From Myxococcota bacterium (GTDB lineage: Bacteria > Myxococcota_A > UBA9160 > PR03), in NCBI GenBank assembly GCA_041611735.1, contig JBFIML010000012.1, positions 15,433 to 79,432 on the forward strand: 64,000 nt of DNA, in the 5' to 3' direction. A program made the translations under genes and the position numbers. Positions 26,852 through 36,470 of the stretch are shown piece after piece. A model generated the notes under the pieces. It did not search any database. It saw nothing but the letters and a program-made list of their open reading frames with translations, and was not told where the DNA came from. How positions within the stretch are numbered: position 1 is the first letter of the stretch; each line of letters opens with the position of its first letter.

Positions 26852-27883
26852 CTACTCGAACACGTAGTCCAGGGGATCCACGGCCTTGCTGCGAACCTCC
26901 ACCGCATAGTGCAGGTGGGGCCCCGTGCTGCGCCCGCTGCTCCCGACGCTTCCGATGCGCTCCCCGCGCTCCACTTCCTGGCCCTTGCGAACCAGGATCT
27001 CGGCCAGGTGGCCGTAGGTGGTGCGGATGCCCCAGCCGTGGTCGATCTGCACGGAGCGGCCCAGGGCGCCCTTGCGCCCCACGAAGTGGACCTTGCCCCG
27101 GCCGGGCGCCACCACCGCAGTGCCGAACGGGCTCGCGATGTCCAGGCCCGCGTGGAACTGGGGCCGGCCCGTGAAGGGCGAGACGCGGCGCCCGAAGCGC
27201 GAGGTGAGCCAGCCCTCGGTGGGCCAGATGGAAGGGGTTGCCGCCAGCTGGCGGCTCTTGCCCTCGACCTGCGCCAGCAGCGCCCTCATGGACTCCTCTC
27301 GCACCAGGGAGGCTTCCGCCAGGGTGCGCGCCCGCTGGCGCAGGTGAGCGAGCACCGTGGCCTCGGAGCTCGGGAACGCAACGAGGGAGGCGCCGGCCGG
27401 CGCGGGGTGGAGGACCGCGCCCGGGGCGGGCGGGAGGCGCGCGGGCGAGGTGCGCGCGGATGGCTCCTCGGCGGCCTCGTCCTCGCCCCCGCCTCCCAAG
27501 GCGGGGGCGTCCTCCTCGCCGTGGGTGTGCTCGGTGGCGTGGGGCAGGTTCGCGATCACGCGTACCTTGCGCTCGAACTCCTGGAGCGCCGCGAGACGCT
27601 GCTCCAGGGCGTTCACCTGGTCGGCGAAGCGAGCCACCTGCTCGCCCTGGGCCCGGGTCTCCAGGCGCAGCCGCTCCACGTCCACGGCATCGATCCGCAG
27701 TCGGGCCCAGTCCACCAGTCCCACCAGCAGCAGACACGCCAGGAGGGCGCCGAAGGCGGCCAGGTGCTGGAGGCTCGTCCGCCCCACGTGGAAGCGGCGG
27801 ACCCGCGACACTCCGTCGGGAACGACGATGATGGTGTAGCGTTCGCGCTTGCGGTCGGTCCGTCCCGGGGCCCTCGGACTCAT
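26852..27883 (-). CDS. membrane-anchored M23 (LytM-type) peptidase with coiled-coil
   Basis: ORF trimmed to ATG 27883 (ATGA overlap with the FHA gene stop). N-terminal TM helix (HLAAFGALLACLLLVGLV), coiled-coil region, and LytM motifs HAGLDIA and STGPHLHY. Confidence 0.88.
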   Translation of the reverse strand: MSPRAPGRTDRKRERYTIIVVPDGVSRVRRFHVGRTSLQHLAAFGALLACLLLVGLVDWARLRIDAVDVERLRLETRAQGEQVARFADQVNALEQRLAALQEFERKVRVIANLPHATEHTHGEEDAPALGGGGEDEAAEEPSARTSPARLPPAPGAVLHPAPAGASLVAFPSSEATVLAHLRQRARTLAEASLVREESMRALLAQVEGKSRQLAATPSIWPTEGWLTSRFGRRVSPFTGRPQFHAGLDIASPFGTAVVAPGRGKVHFVGRKGALGRSVQIDHGWGIRTTYGHLAEILVRKGQEVERGERIGSVGSSGRSTGPHLHYAVEVRSKAVDPLDYVFE

Positions 27884-28242
27884 GCTCCGACCCCGCCCCT
27901 TCCCGGCAGGCGCAGGCGCAGCCGCAGCGTGCCGATCTGCACCTCGTCGCCGTCGCCGAGCGCTGCGCGCTGGCAGGGACGCCCGTTGTGAAGCGTGCCG
28001 TTGGTGCTGCCCAGGTCCTGGACGAAGAAGCCCTGCTCGTCGAAGCCGATTGCCACGTGGGCGCGCGAGACGGTGGGATCCGCCAGCATCACGTCCGCCC
28101 CCCGACCCCGCCCGATCACGACCCACTCGCGATCGACGGGCACCTCCAGCCCCGCGTAGAAGCCACTCGCCACCACGATCGAGGCCCCCCCAGGAACGAG
28201 CTGGCTGGAGGTGCGGCGTTCGGCGAGCGCAGTTCCGGTCAT
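27880..28242 (-). CDS. FHA domain-containing protein
   Basis: 120 aa. Sequence ..VIGRGRGADVMLADPTVSRAHVAI..FVQDLGSTNGTLHNG.. carries the canonical FHA G-R..S-x-x-H..N-G residues. Confidence 0.88.
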   Translation of the reverse strand: MTGTALAERRTSSQLVPGGASIVVASGFYAGLEVPVDREWVVIGRGRGADVMLADPTVSRAHVAIGFDEQGFFVQDLGSTNGTLHNGRPCQRAALGDGDEVQIGTLRLRLRLPGRGGVGA

Positions 28243-28349
28243 GCTCGTCGTCCCTTCGGACGCCCGGGAGCGTGAGCGCCCTCACGGGCCCTGCCCGGGC
28301 CCCCCCTGGCTCATCGGAGCCGAAACCCGCCGGCTTGATCGCGTCGGCC

Positions 28350-30083
28350 TCAGCGGGGCGGGGGCGGAGGCGGGCGGGCGCGGCGCGGGGTGCGCCGGCT
28401 GCGCAGCAGCTCCCGGGCGTGGCGGCGGGTGGCCTCGCTCACCGCCTCACCTCCGGCCATCCTGGCGATCTCCTCCACCCGCCCACTCTCCCCGAGGGGA
28501 AGCACCGAGGTCCGGGTGCGCCCGGCTCCCATCTCCTTCTCCACCCGCAGGTGGGTGTCGGCGAAGGCGGCGATCTGCGGCAGGTGGGTGATGCAGAGGA
28601 CCTGATGTTCCCGGGCCAGCTCCGCGAGCACCCGCCCCACCCGGTCCGCGGCACGACCGGCGATGCCAGCGTCCACCTCGTCGAACACGAGCACCATGCC
28701 CGTCTCGCTGCGGCGCAGGGCGTTCTTGAGGGCCAGGAAGAGGCGCGAGAGCTCCCCGCCCGACGCGACCCGCTGGAGTGGGCGCGGCGGCTCCCCGGGG
28801 TTGGCGGCGAAGCGGAACTCGACGAGCTCTGCTCCGGATGCGGCGCACGGCATCTCGTCCAGCACGGGCGCCGGCTCGAGCGCCACCGAGAGACGCGCGC
28901 GGGGCATGGCGAGGCCCGCCAGGGCGTCCTCGAGACTGCCCTCGAGACGCCGCGCCGCCGCGGCTCGGCCCCGGGAGAGCCCCTGCGCGGCCTGCACCAG
29001 CTCCTCCCGGAGCGGGCCCTCGCGCTGCTCGAGCTCGCGCACCCGTTCGTCGTGACCCTGGAGCCCGACCTGCTCGCGCGCCAGCTCGTCCCTTGCGCGC
29101 AGCACCGCGTCCTCGGTGCCCCCGTACTTGCGACGCAGGCGCTCGAGCTGCCGCAGCCGCTCCTCCACCTGGGCCAGGCGCTCCGGGTCCGCCTCGATGC
29201 CGGAGGCGTAGCGCTCGAGCTCGGCCGCCACGTCCACCAGCTCCGCATGGGCCGCGCGCAGGCGGGCGGCCAGCTCCTGGCCGCCGGCGTCGAGGCGCGC
29301 GATTTCCTCCGCGCGCCGGGCCGCCTCGGCCACCAGGTCCGCAGCGGCCGCGGCGTCCTCCAGGGCCGGATCGCCCACCAGGCGCCCGGCCCCGGCCAGC
29401 GCCTCGCCACGCAGGCGCTCGGCGTGCACGCGGCGGGCGTGCTCGGCCTCGAGCGCCGCCCACTGGCCGGGCACGAGCTGCGCCTCGTCGATCTCGCGCA
29501 GCTGGAAGGTCAGGAAGTCTGCGCGCCGGGCTCGCTCCTCCGCCTCCGCCACCAGCCGCCGCCGCTCCTCCCGCACCGCCCGGAGCGTCGTCCACGCCTG
29601 CTCCACGGCGCGCCGCTCCGCCTCCAGACCGCCGAAGGCATCCAGCAGGCGCGCGTGGCTGCCGGCCCGGCGCAGGGCCTGGGACTCGTGCTGGCTGCTG
29701 ATCTCGAGCCGCCCCGCGAACAGCTCCGTCAGGCTGGCGGCGGGCACCAGGCGCCCCCCCACCTGGGCGCGGCTGCGCCCGCCGCGGCCCACGCTGCGCG
29801 CCACCACCAGGCTGTGGTCCTCGGGAGCGAGACCCCGTTCGGCGAGCTCCGCCACCAGCTCCGGCAACCGCTCGGTCCGGAAGACCGCCTCCACGCGCGC
29901 CTCCTCCGCCCCTTCGCGCACCACTTCGCTCGAGGCCCGCCCTCCGGCCAGCAGGGCCAGCGCACCGAGCACCAGGGACTTGCCCGCGCCGGTCTCGCCG
30001 GTCAGCACGTTGAGCCCGGGCCCGAACTCGATCTCCGCGCGCTCCACCACCGCCAGGTCGGCGATGCGCAGCGTCTCGATCAC
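28350..30083 (-). CDS. recN: DNA repair protein RecN
   Basis: GTG 30083 (GTGA overlap with the nadK stop). Walker A GETGAGKS, long coiled coil, signature SGGELSRL, Walker B VLVFDEVDAG. 577 aa. Confidence 0.95.
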   Translation of the reverse strand: MIETLRIADLAVVERAEIEFGPGLNVLTGETGAGKSLVLGALALLAGGRASSEVVREGAEEARVEAVFRTERLPELVAELAERGLAPEDHSLVVARSVGRGGRSRAQVGGRLVPAASLTELFAGRLEISSQHESQALRRAGSHARLLDAFGGLEAERRAVEQAWTTLRAVREERRRLVAEAEERARRADFLTFQLREIDEAQLVPGQWAALEAEHARRVHAERLRGEALAGAGRLVGDPALEDAAAAADLVAEAARRAEEIARLDAGGQELAARLRAAHAELVDVAAELERYASGIEADPERLAQVEERLRQLERLRRKYGGTEDAVLRARDELAREQVGLQGHDERVRELEQREGPLREELVQAAQGLSRGRAAAARRLEGSLEDALAGLAMPRARLSVALEPAPVLDEMPCAASGAELVEFRFAANPGEPPRPLQRVASGGELSRLFLALKNALRRSETGMVLVFDEVDAGIAGRAADRVGRVLAELAREHQVLCITHLPQIAAFADTHLRVEKEMGAGRTRTSVLPLGESGRVEEIARMAGGEAVSEATRRHARELLRSRRTPRRARPPPPPPR

Positions 30084-30937
30084 CGCTCCCCCCAGCGCAG
30101 CTTCGTCCGCAGCACCTGGAAGCGGTTGCGCTCGGGAGACACGACCAGGTGGACCGGGTGCTGGGCGCGTCGCACGCGCACCACGTCCCCGGGCTGGAGC
30201 AGGTCTCCCTCCTGCCCGTCCACCGTGAGCTGCACCTCGCCGCCCCGCGGCTGCACGCGGATCTCGATCTCCACCGAAGCGGGCAGCACGAGCGGACGCT
30301 GGGTCAGGGTGTGGGGACAGATGGGCGTCAGCACCAGCGCCCCCACGCCGGGCACCAGGATCGGCCCGCCCGCCGAGAGCGAGTACGCCGTGGAGCCGGT
30401 CGGCGTTGCGACGATCAGCCCGTCGGCATGGTAGGTGGTGACCTCGACCCCGTCGGCCCGCGTCTCCACGTCGATGATGCGCGCCAGGGCGCTCTTGGTG
30501 ACGACCGCGTCGTTGAGCGCCAGGCGTACCCGGTGCTCCCGCCCGCCGCGCTCCAGGTGCACTGCCAGCCGCATGCGCTCCTCCACGTGCATGCGCCCGG
30601 CGAGGAAGCGCTCGAGGGCGCCTTGCGCCTCGTCGAGTCCCACCTCCGAGAGGAAGCCCAGGGTGCCGAGGTTCACGGCCAGGATCGGGACGGGATGGGT
30701 TCCGGTCTTGCGCGCAACGTCGAGCAGGGTGCCGTCACCCCCCAGCACCACCAGCAGGTCCACGGCGCTGGCCAGCCGCTCCCGGTCCTCACCCGGCCGC
30801 CGCAGGGGCTCCGCCGCCTCGTGGTCGAGCCGGACCTGGAGGCCGCGTTCCACGAGCCACTTCTCCAGCTCGCGCAGCACGCCGGCCGCCTGCGGCTGAC
30901 CGGGCTTCAGACACACCCCCACGCTGCCAATCGTCAC
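30080..30937 (-). CDS. nadK: NAD kinase
   Basis: 285 aa, GTG start. Motifs VVLGGDGTLL and ..ATPTGSTAYSLSAGGPI.. Confidence 0.93.
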   Translation of the reverse strand: MTIGSVGVCLKPGQPQAAGVLRELEKWLVERGLQVRLDHEAAEPLRRPGEDRERLASAVDLLVVLGGDGTLLDVARKTGTHPVPILAVNLGTLGFLSEVGLDEAQGALERFLAGRMHVEERMRLAVHLERGGREHRVRLALNDAVVTKSALARIIDVETRADGVEVTTYHADGLIVATPTGSTAYSLSAGGPILVPGVGALVLTPICPHTLTQRPLVLPASVEIEIRVQPRGGEVQLTVDGQEGDLLQPGDVVRVRRAQHPVHLVVSPERNRFQVLRTKLRWGER

Positions 30938-30976
30938 GGGCGGCCTCGACGGTTCGCATCACGCTAGCATCGGGCC

Positions 30977-32362
30977 GTGCCTGCCGACGAGCCCCTGGAC
31001 CTGTTCGAACGCGAGCGACCACGCGCTCGCGCACTGCAGGCGCCGCTCGCCGACCGCATGCGGCCGCGTTCGCTCGAGGACGTGCTCGGCCAGGCACACC
31101 TGGTGGGTCCCGGCGCCCCCCTGCGCACCCTGGTGGAATCGGGGAGCCTGCCCTCGCTCGTCCTCTGGGGGCCTCCCGGCTCGGGCAAGACCACGCTCGC
31201 CCGCCTGCTGGCGGCCGGGCCCGGCCAGGGCTCCGGGCCGCCGCGCGTGCGCTTCGTGCCCCTCTCGGCGGTCCTGGCCGGCGTCAAGGACGTGCGCGCG
31301 GTGGTGGAGCGCGCCGCCCGGGAGCAGGCGGCCGGCGTTCGGACGGTGCTCTTCCTCGACGAGATCCACCGCTTCCATCGCGGCCAGCAGGACGCCCTGC
31401 TGCCGCACGTGGAGCACGGCACCGTGACGCTGATCGGCGCCACCACGGAGAACCCCTGCTTCGAACTGGCGCCGCCCCTCCTCTCGCGCTGCCGCGTCTT
31501 CGTGCTGCGTCGGCTGGATGCCGAGACCCTGGCCGCCCTGGTGCGGCGGGCCGCCACCGACGCCGAGCGCGGGCTCGGGGCGAGCGGCGTGCGGCTCGAC
31601 GAGGAGGCGGTCGCCGCCCTGGTGGACGCCGCGGACGGAGACGCGCGCCGCGCCCTGGGCCTGTTGGAGAGCGCCGTCTCCCTCTGGCAGCGTGGGCCGC
31701 GCGACGTCCCGCTGGCAGCCGCCCTGGTAGGCGAGGCGTCCGGCCAGCGCGTGCTGGTCCACGACCGGGACCGCGAGGAGCACTACAACGTGATCTCCGC
31801 CCTGATCAAAAGCCTGCGGGCCAGCGACCCGGACGCCGGGCTCTACTGGCTCGCCCGCCTGCTCGAGGCGGGCGAGGACCCCTGCTTCGTGGCGCGGCGC
31901 CTCGTGGTGTTCGCCGCCGAGGACGTGGGCAACGCCGAGCCCCAGGCCCTCTCCCTGGCCACCGCCGCCCACCTGGCCGCCGAGCGCATCGGCATGCCCG
32001 AGGCGCGCATCCCCCTGGCCCAGGCCGTGGCCTTCCTGGCGTGCGCCCCCAAGAGCAACGCCGCCTACGCCGGACTCGAACGCGCCCGGCGCGACGTGCG
32101 GGATCGCGGCTCCTTGCCGGTCCCCCTGCACCTGCGCAACGCCCCCACCCCGCTCCTTCGTGAGCTCGGCTACGGCCGCGGCTATCGCGATCCCCACCAC
32201 GAGCCGGGCGGGTTCGTGGCGGACCCGAACCTTCCGCCGGAGCTCGGCACGCCGCACTACTACGAGCCGGGAGAGGCCGGGGCCGAGCGTTCGATCCGCG
32301 AGCGGCTCTCCGCCTGGCGCGCCCGTCGAGCGGCGCCAGGGGAGGATCCGGAGCGCTCCTAG
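30977..32362 (+). CDS. rarA: replication-associated recombination protein A (AAA+ ATPase)
   Basis: GTG 30977. Walker A GPPGSGKTTLARLLA, Walker B LFLDEIHRF, C-terminal MgsA domain (..HYNVISALIKSLRASDPDAGLYWLARLL..). 461 aa. Confidence 0.93.
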   Translation: MPADEPLDLFERERPRARALQAPLADRMRPRSLEDVLGQAHLVGPGAPLRTLVESGSLPSLVLWGPPGSGKTTLARLLAAGPGQGSGPPRVRFVPLSAVLAGVKDVRAVVERAAREQAAGVRTVLFLDEIHRFHRGQQDALLPHVEHGTVTLIGATTENPCFELAPPLLSRCRVFVLRRLDAETLAALVRRAATDAERGLGASGVRLDEEAVAALVDAADGDARRALGLLESAVSLWQRGPRDVPLAAALVGEASGQRVLVHDRDREEHYNVISALIKSLRASDPDAGLYWLARLLEAGEDPCFVARRLVVFAAEDVGNAEPQALSLATAAHLAAERIGMPEARIPLAQAVAFLACAPKSNAAYAGLERARRDVRDRGSLPVPLHLRNAPTPLLRELGYGRGYRDPHHEPGGFVADPNLPPELGTPHYYEPGEAGAERSIRERLSAWRARRAAPGEDPERS

Positions 32363-32517
32363 AGCGCCGTCCCGGGAACCCCGGCCGAGCCGGTGCGTGG
32401 CTTCGCCCCGAGATCGAGGCGCGAGATCGCAGCCATCGCCGTGGCTACCGCGAGCCGCAACGCACGGATCGGGTCGAAGGCGCGGGCCCGGCGACCGGGG
32501 GGTTCGTGAGATGGCCT

Positions 32518-33450
32518 CTAGTCGTCGCCGGTGCGGATGCGCGCGGCCGCCACGCGGTTGCGGCCATCCTGCTTGGCGCGATAGAGCGCCTCGTCGGCGG
32601 CCTCGAGCAGGGTCTCCGGCGAATCGATGCCGGGACCGAGGGACGCGACGCCGATGCTCACCGTGGCCTGCACGGTGTCGCCGCGCGGCGTCGGGAACTC
32701 GCTCTCCTCGGTCACCATGCGCACGCGCTCGGCGGCGGCCAGGGCTCCCTTGCGGTCCGTGTGCGGGAGGAGCACGAAGAACTCCTCGCCGCCCCAGCGC
32801 GCAGCCACGTCGGTGGCGCGCAGCGTGCGGCGCACGACCTCGCCGAAGCCACGCAGGATGGTGTCCCCTGCCCGGTGGCCGTGGCAGTCGTTCACGCGCT
32901 TGAACTGGTCGAGGTCTGCCATCCAGGCGGAGAGCGGCATGCGGTAGCGGCAGGAACGCACCAGCTCGAGGGGCATCACCTCGGTCAGATAGCGGCGCGT
33001 GCGCAGCCCCGTCAGGGGATCGGTCATGGAGAGCTGCTCCAGCTCGCTGTTGCGTTCGCGCAGCCGCTGCTGGAGCTGCTTGATCCGAAGGTGCAGATCC
33101 AGGCGGGCGAGCAGCTCCGGCGCGTGATAGGGCTTCGCGATCACGTCGCTCGCCCCATCACGGAGCAGGCGTGCGGTGCGCTCGGGATCCTCGTTGGCGG
33201 TCACGAACAGGAAGGGCACCTCCGGCCGCCCTTGGCGCCCGCCCTTGGCCCGCAACAGCTTCTCGCCGTCGATTCCCGGGAGGTGCAGGTCGCACAGCAC
33301 CACGTCCACCGGCTCGGAGAGCAGGATGCGCAGGCCGCCCAGGCCGTCCTCCGCCTCGAGGACGCGCTCGAAGCGGCCGGACCCTTCCAGCGCCTCCTTC
33401 AGGGCACGGCGCTGGAGGGTCGAGTCCTCGATCACCAGGATGGTGGTCAT
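32518..33450 (-). CDS. response regulator-diguanylate cyclase (REC + GGDEF, I-site present)
   Basis: ORF trimmed to ATG 33450 (SD GGAGGGG 4 nt upstream; alternative ATG 33486). REC domain MTTILVIEDS..DVVLCDLHLPGIDG. GGDEF domain with RATD I-site 5 aa before WGGEEFFVLL. Confidence 0.9.
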   Translation of the reverse strand: MTTILVIEDSTLQRRALKEALEGSGRFERVLEAEDGLGGLRILLSEPVDVVLCDLHLPGIDGEKLLRAKGGRQGRPEVPFLFVTANEDPERTARLLRDGASDVIAKPYHAPELLARLDLHLRIKQLQQRLRERNSELEQLSMTDPLTGLRTRRYLTEVMPLELVRSCRYRMPLSAWMADLDQFKRVNDCHGHRAGDTILRGFGEVVRRTLRATDVAARWGGEEFFVLLPHTDRKGALAAAERVRMVTEESEFPTPRGDTVQATVSIGVASLGPGIDSPETLLEAADEALYRAKQDGRNRVAAARIRTGDD

Positions 33451-33734
33451 GCGCCCCTCCGGCCCGACGGGATCTCGCCGGGTCATCGGCTGAACCCGGG
33501 AGAAACCTGTGGGGAACCGTGGAGAGGAGGGCGAGGGAGGCCTCCCCGGAGGGGCGCGGGTTCGGATGACACGCAGCCCGGCGATGGGCCACTGCTCCAA
33601 CAGAGGGGAGAGGAGCGGCCATGAAGCGGGCCATGGAGCGGGGTCGGCGGGCGCTGCGGTGCGGCTTCGGGCTCTACCGGGAGCTGGCCCGCTCGGCCCT
33701 GCGGCTGCTCCCGGGCCGGGCGTAGGGCTGCGCC

Positions 33735-34082
33735 TCAGCCCCGCGCCGCCAGGTCCGGCTGCGTCGCCTCGCTGGGAGCCAGGGGACCCGCGCGGGGCTC
33801 CTCCTGGTAGCGGGCGGCCCGGGCCGGCGTCCCGGCCTCCGCCTCCTCCTCGCGGGACGCCCCGAGCAGGCGCGCCTCGTTCAGCTTGACCCAGGTGCGG
33901 GCTGCGAGGGTGAGAGCGAAGAGCAGGCACACGGCGCCGCCCAGCAGGAAGTCCCGGGGCGTGAGGCTCAGGAGGGTCGGGCTGTAGACCGTGGACATCC
34001 AGATCGCCTTCTGGGCGACGCCCACCATGACGCTGGTCCAGCCCAGCAGGATGAGCAGGTCGATCAGCGGGAGGATCGGCAC
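33735..34082 (-). CDS. hypothetical small membrane protein (3 predicted TM helices)
   Basis: 115 aa. Sequence MPILPLIDLLILLGWTSVMVGVAQKAIW..LLGGAVCLLFALTLAA.. with a charged C-terminal tail. No family recognised. Confidence 0.6.
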   Translation of the reverse strand: MPILPLIDLLILLGWTSVMVGVAQKAIWMSTVYSPTLLSLTPRDFLLGGAVCLLFALTLAARTWVKLNEARLLGASREEEAEAGTPARAARYQEEPRAGPLAPSEATQPDLAARG

Positions 34083-34147
34083 GTCACCTTCCCCTCCTGT
34101 CCAGGGATACCCATCCTAGGCTGCGGCGCGACCCCGGGTCAACGGCC

Positions 34148-36343
34148 CTAGCCCCGGCGGCTGATCAGGATGAGAGGCGTCTCGGTCTCCCGGGCCATGG
34201 TGAGGGGCAGCGTTCCAAAGGAGCGCCGACGCCGGCCGCGCCGCTGAACCCCCATCACCACGAGGTCGCTCGCCGCGGCGTGCCCCACCAGCACCGCCGC
34301 CGGGTCGTCGGCTTCCTCCACGACCACCTCGTAGGGACCGTTCGCCTCGTCCCGGGCCAAGGCGATCACCTCGCGCTCCGCGCGACGCCGCTCCTCGGCG
34401 CTGGCCGCAGGCGACACGATGCGCAGGAAGGTCACCTTGGCCTCGCCGATGCGGGAGAGGCTGGCGAACAGCCGCGCGCGCAGGTGGCTGTGATCGCGGC
34501 GTCCGCCGAGGGGCACGAGGATCTGCTGCACCTGGGCGATCCGCCAGCGCCGAGGCGCGCGCAGGATCACCACGTCGGCCGTCACGCTCCCGATCAGCTC
34601 CTCCACCCGGCGCTCGACGCCCGGGGCCGTGAGGCGCGAGAGCCCGAGCAGCAGCGTCTCGCAGCGGTGGATCCGGGCCACGCGGGCGATCTCCGCCCAG
34701 GGATCCCGGGCCACCGTGAACAGGGTCTCGGGCGCCAGCTCGTCCACCAGGCTCGCGTGCAGGGACTCGCCCAGGATCGCCTGGGCGTCGCGCAAGGCCG
34801 GGTCGTCCTCGCCGGGGGCCTGCTCGGGCGTCTGCACCACCGAGAGCAGCAGGATGCGCCCGACCTCGGGCGTCCGCAGCGTGCCCGCCACGTCCACCAG
34901 GCTGGCGGCGCTGGCGGGATTGGCGATGGGAACCAGCACCAGGGGGCTGCGTCCGCGGAGTCGGGCCAGGTGGGGGTCGCGGGCCTCGGCGCTCGCGTCC
35001 GCCAGGCGCGCTCCAGGAGCGAGCAGCGTCAGGTACACGGCGGCGCCGACCCCGAGCCACACCGCCACGAGCCCTCCTGCCGCGGCCACGGCGAAGCCCT
35101 GGAAGAGCGCCAGCCCCAGGCACAGGGCGGCCCCCAGCAGGGGCAGCACCGGAAGCCGCAGGTCCCCGGAGCGGCGTCGCGCCAGGATCGTGGCCCAGTG
35201 CGCCATGGCGAACGAGATCAGGAAGATCAGGCTCGACGCCGCGCCGGCAGCGGCCACGTCGCCCACCACGAGGATCACGGCCGCTACGCCCGCGGCGGTC
35301 GCCGCCACCGCCAGCGCCGGCGTCCCGCTCGCGCCACGCATGCGGCCCAGCGCAAGCGGCAGCGTGCGGTCGCGCGCCATGGCGAAGGCCACCCGCGACG
35401 CTCCCAGGAGATTCGCCTGCAGGGCCGAGAGCATCGAGAGCAGGCCGGCCAGGATCACCAGCCAGTAGCCGCCGGAGCCCAGGAAGTGCTCGGCAGCCTC
35501 GGCCACCAGGCCCTCGGGGTTCGCGGCGGCCAGGCCCGCGATGCGTTCCTCGCCGGGAACGCCCACCGTCGCGATCACGAAGAGCAGCGGCAGGTAGATG
35601 GCGAGCGCGATGCCGAGGGAGAGGAACATGGAACGCGGCAGGTTGCGCAGGGGATCGCGAACCTCGCCACCCACGGCAGCGATCAGGTCGAAGCCCTGCA
35701 GGGCAATGAAGGTGTATCCCATGGCCTGCACGATCCCAGCCAGGCCGGCGGTGGCGAAGGGGTCGAGGCGGGCCAGCGACTCCGTCGCCGGTTCGCGCGC
35801 CAGGGCGAAGGCCCCGCCGACGATCAGCACCGCGAACACGATGACCTTGCCCACCGTTGCCACGCGCCCGCCCCCGCTGGCCTTGCGCACCAGCGCCAGG
35901 GTGTAGAAGCCCGTGGCAGCGAGCGCCCCCAGCAGGCGCACGCTGCGCTCTCCCAGCCAGCCCGCCTCGGAGCCCATCCCGCGCAGCAGGCGCGCGAGCC
36001 CCTCCCCGGCGAACGCCGCGAACCCGAGGGCATAGAGCACCGCGGCCATGATCGAGGCGAACCAGACCACCCAGCCCACCGTGAAGGCGACCTCCACCGA
36101 GAGCACCTTCTTGGCATAGGTGTAGGTGCCGCCGGACTCGGGGAAGCGCCGCGCCAGATCCGCGAAGCTCGCCGCCGTGATCGCTGCGATCATCCCGTTG
36201 GCCAGGAAGGCGACCATGGCAGCGGGCCCGGTGGTGGCAAAGGCGACGCCCGCCAGCGCGAGGATGCCGCCCCCCACGATGGCTCCGACGCCCACGGTGG
36301 TGGCGCCCACGAGCCCGAGGTGGCGTCCCGAAGCGGGGCTCAT
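34148..36343 (-). CDS. APC-family amino-acid permease fused to two C-terminal universal stress protein (USP) domains
   Basis: 731 aa. The N-terminal ~440 aa carry about 12 TM helices (..GATTVGVGAIVGGGILALAG..). The C-terminal ~280 aa carry two USP-like repeats (..LVLVPIANP.., ..ILVPLGGRRDHS.., ..DLVVMGVQRRG..). Confidence 0.85.
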   Translation of the reverse strand: MSPASGRHLGLVGATTVGVGAIVGGGILALAGVAFATTGPAAMVAFLANGMIAAITAASFADLARRFPESGGTYTYAKKVLSVEVAFTVGWVVWFASIMAAVLYALGFAAFAGEGLARLLRGMGSEAGWLGERSVRLLGALAATGFYTLALVRKASGGGRVATVGKVIVFAVLIVGGAFALAREPATESLARLDPFATAGLAGIVQAMGYTFIALQGFDLIAAVGGEVRDPLRNLPRSMFLSLGIALAIYLPLLFVIATVGVPGEERIAGLAAANPEGLVAEAAEHFLGSGGYWLVILAGLLSMLSALQANLLGASRVAFAMARDRTLPLALGRMRGASGTPALAVAATAAGVAAVILVVGDVAAAGAASSLIFLISFAMAHWATILARRRSGDLRLPVLPLLGAALCLGLALFQGFAVAAAGGLVAVWLGVGAAVYLTLLAPGARLADASAEARDPHLARLRGRSPLVLVPIANPASAASLVDVAGTLRTPEVGRILLLSVVQTPEQAPGEDDPALRDAQAILGESLHASLVDELAPETLFTVARDPWAEIARVARIHRCETLLLGLSRLTAPGVERRVEELIGSVTADVVILRAPRRWRIAQVQQILVPLGGRRDHSHLRARLFASLSRIGEAKVTFLRIVSPAASAEERRRAEREVIALARDEANGPYEVVVEEADDPAAVLVGHAAASDLVVMGVQRRGRRRRSFGTLPLTMARETETPLILISRRG

Positions 36344-36470
36344 GGGTGCCGGTGCCTCCGCCGGCGCCGCCTGGTCGGGAGGGCGCCCCGCGTCGGGGGG
36401 CGAAGCTTAGCGCGAGCAGAAGCCACGCCAGCCGGGCCGCGGCGGCCCCGCATCCCGAGCCGTGGAAGGG

